Positions 33,847 to 40,794 of a DNA stretch of 40,794 nt are shown in pieces. The notes beneath the pieces are model-generated. The model ran no database searches, had not been told where the DNA came from, and saw only the letters and a list, made by a program, of their open reading frames with translations. Each line of letters opens with the position of its first letter. Within the stretch, counting starts at the first letter, position 1. Source of the stretch: a virus (lineage: Duplodnaviria; Caudoviricetes). The stretch spans positions 1 through 40,794 of the IMG/VR virus record IMGVR_UViG_3300012943_000045; one strand, given 5' to 3'. Position numbers and translations under genes: made by a program.

Positions 33847-33849
33847 CTA

Positions 33850-33945
33850 GGTGGGATGGAGTCAACGTGGGGTTACTGACATTGACCACGAAGGCTGACT
33901 GGGGTTCTCCTTTGCCCTGTAGCGGCAGACCTGCTCCAACCCACC
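33850..33945 (+). ncRNA. Structured RNA (three-way junction), family unknown
   Basis: Closing stem GGUGGGAUGGAG/CUCCAACCCACC with two internal hairpins. Confidence 0.5.
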
Positions 33946-33977
33946 AAAACTTTTAGCAACCAAGCAACAAGGAGGCC

Positions 33978-36395
33978 GTGAACACGTTGGCAAAAGATAA
34001 CCTGACAGTGGCCCTCGGCCTAGCCAAACTCGGCCTCCACGTCTTCCCGTTCACAACGTTTGTGGACTCAACGGGTAAGACCAGGAAGCGTCCACTAGTC
34101 AAGAACGGTCACCTCGACTCGACCACCGACACAGACACAATTGCTACCTGGTTCAGCATGGACTTCACGGCACCCTCCACTGGCGTTGCCGTCCACTGTG
34201 GCCCGTCAGGGCTGGTTGCACTCGACGTTGATGTGAAAGACGGCAAGAACGGCTTCGACACCGTAGACAGCGAGTGGCTAGAGGTCCCCGACACCTACCC
34301 GCAGGACACTCCCACGGGCGGCAGACACTACGTGTACGCAGCCCCAGCAGACTCTACGGGTCTTGGTCCCGCAGCGCCCTACAGGGGCCTAGAGGGGCTC
34401 GACAGACGCGCAGGCTCCAGCTGGATCGGCTGGTACTCTGGCGTCCCCGAGAGTCGCGACGCATTCACCACCGCCCCCGAGTGGCTACTGGACCGCGCGG
34501 CAGACCGGGACGCATCGGGTTTTAGCGACGGCTACAAAAAGTGGCTGGAGGCCATTCCCCAGGGCGACCCCACTGAGACCGTCAAGCAGATCATCACCGA
34601 CCTGCCCACAGACAACTTTGGGCACCAAGAAATTGTTGAGATTACCTACCGACTTGTGCGACTCGCTGCCGAAGGACACACTGGTGTCAACTGGGCACTC
34701 GACAAGATGCACGAGAAGTGGGTCCGCCCACCCTATGACCAGCCCGAGAACATCAAAGAACTTCGGGACGCAATCTCTGGCGCAGTACGGAAGGCTGGGG
34801 CGGAAGACGCCCAAATTGCAGCGCTGCCAACCTACTCGGAAGCCCTTGACTCGCTCCCCGCACAGTTCGACCTCACGAGCATTTCTGGGGAGAAGTGCAG
34901 CAAGGCTGAATGGTTCTCTGCCATCAGGTCACTTGTCACCCAAGGCTTTGACGACAATACAATTGCCGCCCTCGTGTGGTCCGCCCCGCGCCTGAAAGCA
35001 TGGTCGCGTGACTGGGGGCTCGACTACCTCATTCAGCAGATTGTCATGGCGCGCTCAGACATCGCTTCCGTTGGCGTGAACCCGGTTGCTGACGAGCCAA
35101 AGCAGAATCGACCGAGCATCTCCCTGCTCACCGATGCTGAACGAGCTCAGGCGGACGCGGAGTATACCTTCATCGACCGCTACATGGAGTGGATCGACTC
35201 ACGCCTAGACAAATATAACGCTCCCTACCACCTGTTCTCGGCCTGGACTATTTGTTCACTGGGTATGGGCATGTTCGGGTTCCTGCCCTACCAGTCGCGC
35301 AACCACGGCGTCAACTTCTTTGGTGCAGCGCTAGGCGAGAGTGGAACTGGAAAGTCGGACGCGCTGGGGATGCGTGCCAAGGTTGAGAAGGAAATGTTTG
35401 CCGACGACCCCAGCTACGACATCGGGTCCGACGTAACGATCCAGGCCCTCCAGGCTGTTCTTATCGAACGTGACGGAAAGCCAAGCTTCTTCAACGCTGA
35501 CGAGGCTGCCGGAGTGTTCAAGCAGATCAGCGAAACGAAACATCTTGACGGGCTGATCGACCGCCTAACCGACTACTACGAGGGCTACGTCAAGCCCGTG
35601 CTCCGAACTGGGAACAAGGAGTTGAGCGGCAAGAGTGCTATGACCAGTCTGAACATTGCGATGATCGGAACCCCTGATCGTGTGACTGAAGTTCTCACCA
35701 AAGACCTGTTCCTGTCAGGCTTCCTGGCACGGTTCGGTTGGTGGATCGGCGACACCATCGAGGAGTCGGACAGCCAATACCAGGAGTCGCAGGCCGAAGG
35801 CGTCCAGGCGGAATCTGATACTGACCCCGTGGCGCAAGCACTAGCGTTGGACATCAAGGTTGCGCGTGGCCTAATCGGAGAGACCAAGCGGCACCCCGTG
35901 AGGGGAACCCCGGCAGCCTTGGAGCGCATGGGTCTCAATCGAAAAACAATGAAGGTTTCTGTTGAGGGTGAAGAGAACTACCAGATCATGGAGCCTTCCG
36001 TTCGCCGCCTTGGTGACATTGTGCGCAAGTTCAGTGCGCTACTCGCGCTCTCGGAGGGTCTGGCCACGTTTGACGTTAGGCACGTTTTAGTGGCGATTCA
36101 GCACGCAGAATACCTCCTCGAAAACTTGATAACTGTCAGTGGCATGATTACCTCGGGGGCATTCGAGCGTGAGTGTGCGGAGATTGAGGCGTGGATTAAG
36201 TCCAGCTCTAACGGTGGGTCGGCGTCTGAGGCGCAGATTTACCACCGCTTCCGCAGCCTTATCAAGTTTGATGCGCGGGAGCTGGATAGTCGCTTGCATT
36301 TCCTGGAGCGTTCGGATAGGCTCGTCAAAATCGAAGCCACCGGCTCCAAGGGAACTAGGTGGGCAATCAACATGAACAGGGGGAGCAGTGACTGA
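33978..36395 (+). CDS. Bifunctional DNA primase/polymerase fused to a P-loop helicase-like domain (DUF3987-like)
   Basis: VFP, LVALDVDVK, TPTGGRHYVY, LDRR; GESGTGKS, NADEA, SGFLARF; C-terminal wHTH-like region. Confidence 0.9.
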   Translation: MNTLAKDNLTVALGLAKLGLHVFPFTTFVDSTGKTRKRPLVKNGHLDSTTDTDTIATWFSMDFTAPSTGVAVHCGPSGLVALDVDVKDGKNGFDTVDSEWLEVPDTYPQDTPTGGRHYVYAAPADSTGLGPAAPYRGLEGLDRRAGSSWIGWYSGVPESRDAFTTAPEWLLDRAADRDASGFSDGYKKWLEAIPQGDPTETVKQIITDLPTDNFGHQEIVEITYRLVRLAAEGHTGVNWALDKMHEKWVRPPYDQPENIKELRDAISGAVRKAGAEDAQIAALPTYSEALDSLPAQFDLTSISGEKCSKAEWFSAIRSLVTQGFDDNTIAALVWSAPRLKAWSRDWGLDYLIQQIVMARSDIASVGVNPVADEPKQNRPSISLLTDAERAQADAEYTFIDRYMEWIDSRLDKYNAPYHLFSAWTICSLGMGMFGFLPYQSRNHGVNFFGAALGESGTGKSDALGMRAKVEKEMFADDPSYDIGSDVTIQALQAVLIERDGKPSFFNADEAAGVFKQISETKHLDGLIDRLTDYYEGYVKPVLRTGNKELSGKSAMTSLNIAMIGTPDRVTEVLTKDLFLSGFLARFGWWIGDTIEESDSQYQESQAEGVQAESDTDPVAQALALDIKVARGLIGETKRHPVRGTPAALERMGLNRKTMKVSVEGEENYQIMEPSVRRLGDIVRKFSALLALSEGLATFDVRHVLVAIQHAEYLLENLITVSGMITSGAFERECAEIEAWIKSSSNGGSASEAQIYHRFRSLIKFDARELDSRLHFLERSDRLVKIEATGSKGTRWAINMNRGSSD

Positions 36396-36708
36396 CTTCG
36401 AATACCTCAACATTTACCCCTGGTCGCTATGGCCCGAATGGCAGGAGCGCGTCAAGGAGGCAAAAGGCTCCCTTGAAACTAATATCAAGGTTGTTCCGCG
36501 TGAGGCTCGTCCGGGATGCGGCAGAGTGCTTGCTTTCGAGGAGCCACCATTCGCCTGCGAGTACGGGCTAATCCAGTCTGGGGCGGGTCTGGCCAAGGCG
36601 CTAGAGTGCTACCTGGGGCTGGCAACGTCGTCACAGTGGCGCACGATGGCCGACTCGCTCGCCACAATGGACCCCAGGCTGATCGGCACAGAAGAGATCC
36701 ACCAGTGA
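36388..36708 (+). CDS. Hypothetical protein
   Basis: GGGGAG RBS; overlaps the primase end. Confidence 0.65.
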   Translation: MTDFEYLNIYPWSLWPEWQERVKEAKGSLETNIKVVPREARPGCGRVLAFEEPPFACEYGLIQSGAGLAKALECYLGLATSSQWRTMADSLATMDPRLIGTEEIHQ

Positions 36709-37199
36709 CGGCCTGTGGCTATCAGATGATCCCGCCTGGCAAGAAGTTCGTTGCCTGGGAGTGTGAGCGTCCAGAGGGGCACCAGCCTCCTGAGGACCAC
36801 GGCTTCGTTGACTTCGAGCGTAGCGACCGGGACCGCTTGCGCGCGACATACGCAGATGCTGGCAAATCTGATAAAGTTGAGGCTCGCGAGGCTACCGTAC
36901 TGGTCCCACAGCATAGAATCCCGATGACAGATGTTCTGACCCGCACAAAGACAGGCGCATGGTCACAGTCCAGTGGTGTCGGCAAGCTTGTGGCGGTTCT
37001 GGAGGGTCTGGGATACGAGATGCATGCGATGGAGTCCCAATATGCGGTCGGTGTGAACGAACCGGAGACTGAAAGGTGGGTTATCGCTGGGAAGCATGGA
37101 TCAAGAATCAAGGCCAGCAAGACCGGTGGTTCATGGGTCTATCAACACAACGGAAGCATTGTTGCTTTACCGGAACTAATCAAGGAGGTAGTGGCGTGA
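36705..37199 (+). CDS. Hypothetical protein
   Basis: GTGA overlap; C..CERPEGH...H motif. Confidence 0.6.
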   Translation: MTACGYQMIPPGKKFVAWECERPEGHQPPEDHGFVDFERSDRDRLRATYADAGKSDKVEAREATVLVPQHRIPMTDVLTRTKTGAWSQSSGVGKLVAVLEGLGYEMHAMESQYAVGVNEPETERWVIAGKHGSRIKASKTGGSWVYQHNGSIVALPELIKEVVA

Positions 37200-37420
37200 T
37201 TGTAAAGACTGAAAGTGGCAGCACGTACGAGTTCAATGACAAAGTGACCGAAGTTAGGCGTTTCGGTGCCGGGGAGCTGCGTCGTGACCAGGAGTGGCTT
37301 GCTGTTGAGCCGTGGTTCCCAATCGAGGTCGGGCGGATGATGGTGCTTGCCCTGGAACCCTTGGGTGACGGTAACTTGACTATTCGACAGACGACCCCTG
37401 TTGTTGAGGTGCTACCGTGA
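37196..37420 (+). CDS. Hypothetical protein
   Basis: AAGGAGG RBS; TESGSTY...TTPVVEV family pattern. Confidence 0.7.
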   Translation: MIVKTESGSTYEFNDKVTEVRRFGAGELRRDQEWLAVEPWFPIEVGRMMVLALEPLGDGNLTIRQTTPVVEVLP

Positions 37421-37686
37421 CACTGGCACTGAGGCAGGTGATGCTGGAATATGCCCAGGCCATTCGTGGTGACTGGAGTGACTTCGACGGCAGGAGTGAG
37501 AAAGGGATCATAGAGTCCTGGGTCAGCGAGATGGACTTGCCGGAGGAGTCCCATACACCTGCATGGTGGCGCGATGAACTAAACCTATGCCCAGACGGAA
37601 ACGGTCACTGGGTTGGGTTCATATACGGACACTGTAGCGTGACTGAATGCCCAGTGTCTGCTGAAAGGGAAGGCGAGAATGAGTGA
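37417..37686 (+). CDS. Hypothetical protein
   Basis: GAGG RBS; GTGA overlap. Confidence 0.6.
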   Translation: MTLALRQVMLEYAQAIRGDWSDFDGRSEKGIIESWVSEMDLPEESHTPAWWRDELNLCPDGNGHWVGFIYGHCSVTECPVSAEREGENE

Positions 37687-37921
37687 ACTGCATGAGGTGA
37701 CGGCCAATATTCGACTCCACAGGCTTCGTCGGTACGTGGATGGAGAGATTGAGCGCTGGGAGCGGGAAAGGGCCTCGCTAGACGGAGACAATGGCATTAG
37801 GCAGTATAGGGGGTATGCTGACGGCAGAATCGATGCACTTAGAAATCTACAAACGTTCTACCTATTGACGCCAGAAGAGGCTTCTGATGCAGAAGCGATG
37901 CGCAGGGAGATGTTTGGGTAG
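37679..37921 (+). CDS. Hypothetical protein
   Basis: Overlaps the previous gene; Y.GYADGRIDAL helix. Confidence 0.6.
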   Translation: MSELHEVTANIRLHRLRRYVDGEIERWERERASLDGDNGIRQYRGYADGRIDALRNLQTFYLLTPEEASDAEAMRREMFG

Positions 37922-37961
37922 TGTGGTAGCATTTTTAGGTTGGTTATCAATAACTAAATAA

Positions 37962-38095
37962 CGGCTGATAGTTCAACAGGTGTAGCCTTCGCAACCGACA
38001 GACCCGATTCTAGACACTCGTGGTAACTGGGATTCATGCAAGGTTCAGAACACTGGGAGTTGCCCCAGAGATACGGTTCGATTCCGTGAAGCCGA
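37962..38095 (+). ncRNA. tRNA-derived RNA with a ~65-nt D-loop insertion and a degenerate anticodon loop
   Basis: CGGCU/AGCCG acceptor, UAGUUCA...GAAC D stem, CUGGG/CCCAG stem with 6-nt loop, ACGG-UUCGAUU-CCGU T arm. Confidence 0.65.
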
Positions 38096-38098
38096 CAA

Positions 38099-38260
38099 TG
38101 CGAGACAAAGCTCAGTGATTGCGCTTACCAGGATTTTCTGGTGTGAGAACGCTCCGCTGGGTGGAGAAGGTTGCAACCCTCGCAGAAGACCCGGTACTGA
38201 CGTAAATGGCGAAAGCCCAGTCAGCTAAGTCAAATTACAGCCAGGCACCTTTTTGTAACT
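38099..38260 (+). ncRNA. Structured RNA, family unknown
   Basis: UGCGAG/CUCGCA, ACCAG/CUGGU, CUCCGC/GUGGAG, CUGAC/GUCAG capped by GGC-GAAA-GCC. Confidence 0.5.
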
Positions 38261-38285
38261 GTGTGTCAATGGGGAGGAGATTTGA

Positions 38286-38870
38286 ATGAAGTATCTAATG
38301 AGCTTCGACGGCGGCGGCAGCACTGGTATTGTTTTGGGCGAATACGATGAGCTAACACCCTACCGACCTGTCAAGGTGTGGCAGCCCACAGGCGGAGTAA
38401 GCGGTTTTCTTGACTGGTACGAGGAGTACTCTATTCCCCCCGATCCAGAAGATGGTTTCTACGGGGGCTGGCTGTTTGGGCTCGATAGGGAGATGATCTA
38501 CGAAAGCCAGATAGAGTTCGTGTCGGAGCGCTTTGTGCCCCTTTCGGGCGGCGGCTTCAATCAGTCGAGCGCATCAGTGGAGCCACTACGAGTCGAGGGT
38601 GCGCTTATTGCCCTGGGGCTCCTTCCGCACGACTACACGAGCAAGCGATGGCAGCGCGCATCCTGCCAGGTTCTCGCGGGAGGCAAGACGCCGGCGGAGC
38701 GCAAGAAGAATACAGACAACCTGCTACGGAAGCACGGGTACTGGCACACTGGCAAGCAGATCGGCAAGCCCGATGCTAACGACGTGAATAGTGCCATGAA
38801 GCACGCGCTCTACTATATGACCCGAACGCTCAAGCACCGGCCAACGATAGAACTACTGTTCCCCGAGTGA
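38286..38870 (+). CDS. RuvC-like Holliday junction resolvase
   Basis: SFDGGGSTG, FVSERF, PLRVEGAL, DANDVNSAMKH. Confidence 0.75.
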   Translation: MKYLMSFDGGGSTGIVLGEYDELTPYRPVKVWQPTGGVSGFLDWYEEYSIPPDPEDGFYGGWLFGLDREMIYESQIEFVSERFVPLSGGGFNQSSASVEPLRVEGALIALGLLPHDYTSKRWQRASCQVLAGGKTPAERKKNTDNLLRKHGYWHTGKQIGKPDANDVNSAMKHALYYMTRTLKHRPTIELLFPE

Positions 38871-38872
38871 CA

Positions 38873-38902
38873 GAGGGCCCCCGGCGCAAACCGGGGGCCC
38901 TC
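38873..38902. terminator. Hairpin terminator between convergent genes
   Basis: GAGGGCCCCCGG/CCGGGGGCCCTC, 12-bp stem. Confidence 0.8.
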
Positions 38903-38917
38903 CTTTGTGCGTGGCGG

Positions 38918-39166
38918 CTACGACTCTTCTACGTGCCTACCAGGCTCCTGCGCGTCAGAAGCTTCACCGACGTGCTTGGGGAGAGTAAAACTGGTCCCAA
39001 CACTGATAAGGGCGGCAAGCCCTGCGATGCTGAGGACGCTAATCCACTCGATCTCGTGAATACCAGTAGCGCCAGTGGCAATAATTGCGGCAATCGCTGC
39101 CTGGACAAACGTCTTAGCCGAGCGTTCGGCAACGCCCTTCCAGAAGGCTTTAGTTGAAATGCTCAT
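38918..39166 (-). CDS. Holin (r1t-like)
   Basis: FWKGVAERSAKTFVQA, two TM helices, W..VLS.AGLAALIS..TS; leaderless TAGAAT-N6-ATG. Confidence 0.88.
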   Translation of the reverse strand: MSISTKAFWKGVAERSAKTFVQAAIAAIIATGATGIHEIEWISVLSIAGLAALISVGTSFTLPKHVGEASDAQEPGRHVEES

Positions 39167-39257
39167 TCTACCATTCTACCGCATCCGAGCAAAAGAAAAC
39201 CCCCCAAGTGCGCATCGTGGAGAGGCGTGGGGGGTGTAGTGTCCCTAGTCTAGCAGA

Positions 39258-39326
39258 CTATTCGCACGCCTCGCAAATCGTCAGGTCGGCGGGATCGGTG
39301 GGCACAAGGTACTCGTTGTCGTTCAA
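39258..39326 (-). CDS. 22-aa acidic micropeptide ending in CxxC (not in the ORF track)
   Basis: AAAAGGA RBS, TTG start, MNDNEYLVPTDPADLTICEACE; upstream TAAACT; downstream hairpin and T tract. Confidence 0.6.
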   Translation of the reverse strand: MNDNEYLVPTDPADLTICEACE

Positions 39327-39362
39327 TATCGTCCTTTTCTCGAACTACTAGTTTACACCAAA

Positions 39363-40571
39363 TCAGATAATGCGAAGGTTAGACCACTGCCCATCACGCA
39401 CATCAAAAGTGGTCATTCCCTGACGCGCAGACTCGCCCGTTCGGTTGGTGAACCAGTCCGAAGACGCGTCCGAGGAGGACACGCCGATGATCCATCGCCC
39501 GTTTCCGCTCTGCTCTACTCGAAGGGAGTGATAGTGCGCTGTGACGAGAATGTCCGCATCCCAGCCAGCCATACGTCCATGGGACTGTCCAGCCCACCAC
39601 TTGCCGTGCCCATTCGGACCAGATGACTGGTGTCCGTGGTGGAACGCAAGCTTAGTGTTGCTGGTTTCGATAACGGCGGTCTCATCAAGTGACTCGGGGC
39701 GAACAAAGGATACGTTCTGGAGATATGGGTTCTCGGCAACAGCGTCCTCTAGCTGGTAACTAATCTCCAGCCCGAAGTCGGCATCAACGGTTCCCCCGGG
39801 GGACTTGTAGCCGGTGCGTGCTTGCCCGTGGTTTGAAGGCACCGCCACGTATACCAACTCGGGGACCAGTGGCGCGATGAGCTTGATGCCCTCCAGCATG
39901 AGTCTGCGGAAGACGCGAATCTGTTCGGGCACAGGAAGATCGTTGGTTACTAGCTGTGATGGAACGTTGAAAACATTCTCGATGGGGTCTCCGCCGTCAA
40001 CGAGGATTACTCGACTAGGGGTTGGACCTTCCTGAATGGAGTCCGCGAAGGTCTCGAACGACTGGCGAACTCGGGCGACCGTCTCTGGGGTCCCCCCGCC
40101 GCGTTGCATGCTTTTCCCCAGCTGTAAATCGCTGGCATTCAGGACTGACGTGAAGCCGCTATCGAAATCGTCATCGAAGAAAGATGTGGTGCGCGGGAAC
40201 CACCCCTCCAGCGCCTCCGCCAGGTCATCAAACTGGAGCGCATCGTGCAACGCCTTCGCGTTAGGCTTCCATGTAACCTTCTCCCAGCTGCCGGTGAGCG
40301 GGTCACGGATGCTCATGCCACGCGACTGCACCGCCTCGACGGGGATGCCGTGGAGGTTCAGGAAGTCTTCCGGGTCCGGGTGGTTATCGGTACGCTCCAG
40401 TGTCACTCCAGGAGCCGCTGTACGGCCCGCAGGAGCATGTTTCAGGTGACGACGAACGGAAGCTTCACTGACACCGATCTTGTCCGCCCAGGCCACCTTG
40501 GAGCGGCTTGTATCGATCTTCTTGCCGGTCTCTTGCTCCCAAAGGCACGAGACGCAAACACTTTTTGCCAT
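39363..40571 (-). CDS. Calcineurin-like metallophosphoesterase with an N-terminal HTH
   Basis: SDLQLGK, DGGD, SNHG, FHHGH, TAHYH; IGVSEASVRRH. Confidence 0.85.
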   Translation of the reverse strand: MAKSVCVSCLWEQETGKKIDTSRSKVAWADKIGVSEASVRRHLKHAPAGRTAAPGVTLERTDNHPDPEDFLNLHGIPVEAVQSRGMSIRDPLTGSWEKVTWKPNAKALHDALQFDDLAEALEGWFPRTTSFFDDDFDSGFTSVLNASDLQLGKSMQRGGGTPETVARVRQSFETFADSIQEGPTPSRVILVDGGDPIENVFNVPSQLVTNDLPVPEQIRVFRRLMLEGIKLIAPLVPELVYVAVPSNHGQARTGYKSPGGTVDADFGLEISYQLEDAVAENPYLQNVSFVRPESLDETAVIETSNTKLAFHHGHQSSGPNGHGKWWAGQSHGRMAGWDADILVTAHYHSLRVEQSGNGRWIIGVSSSDASSDWFTNRTGESARQGMTTFDVRDGQWSNLRII

Positions 40572-40641
40572 GCGCAGGATTCCTCCCTAGAACCGCCTCA
40601 AAGTGCGGGCGACACTACACTACCACGAGATGTGTATTTGA

Positions 40642-40794
40642 CTAGGGGAGAACGTTCAGCAGCGTAATGACCGCAAGAACAATAGCCCCGAGACCCGCGA
40701 TCCCACCAACGACGGTGAACCACGGAGTCTTGGGACTCTGTTTCGCCTCGATGCGTTCTACTGTTTGCTCCAGTTTACGCACCCGCTCGTCCAA
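40642..40794 (-). CDS. Partial membrane protein (C-terminus), probably lysis cassette
   Basis: LDERVRKLEQ coiled coil then a TM helix PWFTVVGGIAGLGAIVLAVITLL; truncated by the window edge. Confidence 0.65.
   Translation of the reverse strand: MDERVRKLEQTVERIEAKQSPKTPWFTVVGGIAGLGAIVLAVITLLNVLP

Noticed and set aside
38197-38225. Second hammerhead (CUGACGU...GAAA)
   Set aside because: The core is not CUGANGA and the GAAA is a tetraloop, so the topology is wrong.
38099-38235. RNase P RNA or group I intron P4-P6 similarity (GAGACAAAGCUC, CAGAAGACCCGG, GUCAGCUAAG)
   Set aside because: The P4 pairing of RNase P cannot form, and no group I P7 (R/S) elements follow.
1-40794. Prophage or temperate lifestyle
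   Set aside because: No integrase, repressor, att site or host genes seen; the unseen part of the genome could still hold them.

Overview
The window is about 41 kb of a tailed dsDNA actinobacteriophage. A Microbacteriaceae/Micrococcales-type host is inferred from the WhiB domain, leaderless SigA-type promoters and gene style. No integrase or repressor is seen. Minus strand 1-14052 holds the head and neck operon: small terminase, large terminase with a class 3 LAGLIDADG intein, portal, protease/scaffold, cement protein, major capsid, a free-standing GIY-YIG endonuclease, three paralogous head-fibre-like genes and head-tail connectors. Upstream of it is a short operon with a DUF1599-like protein and an HslV-like peptidase. 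14100-17400 is the divergence zone, with a small strongly promoted early operon containing a type II hammerhead ribozyme, then an origin-like region (two perfect DnaA boxes, an AT-rich stretch, 27-bp tandem repeats). Plus strand 17400-38870 has about 35 small mosaic genes, an LPXTG protein, an HD alarmone-hydrolase-like protein, SF2 helicase, WhiB fusion, ERF, Cas4-like nuclease, SSB, primase-polymerase/helicase and RuvC-like resolvase. The minus-strand right end has a holin, a CxxC micropeptide and a metallophosphoesterase. The most unusual content is non-coding. There are three non-decoding tRNA-like RNAs: a 78-nt tmRNA tRNA-like domain with no mRNA domain, a tRNA with a ~65-nt D-loop insert, and a D-armless mimic. 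Each abuts a separate structured RNA. All folds were done by eye and all protein calls come from motif recognition; no searches were run.
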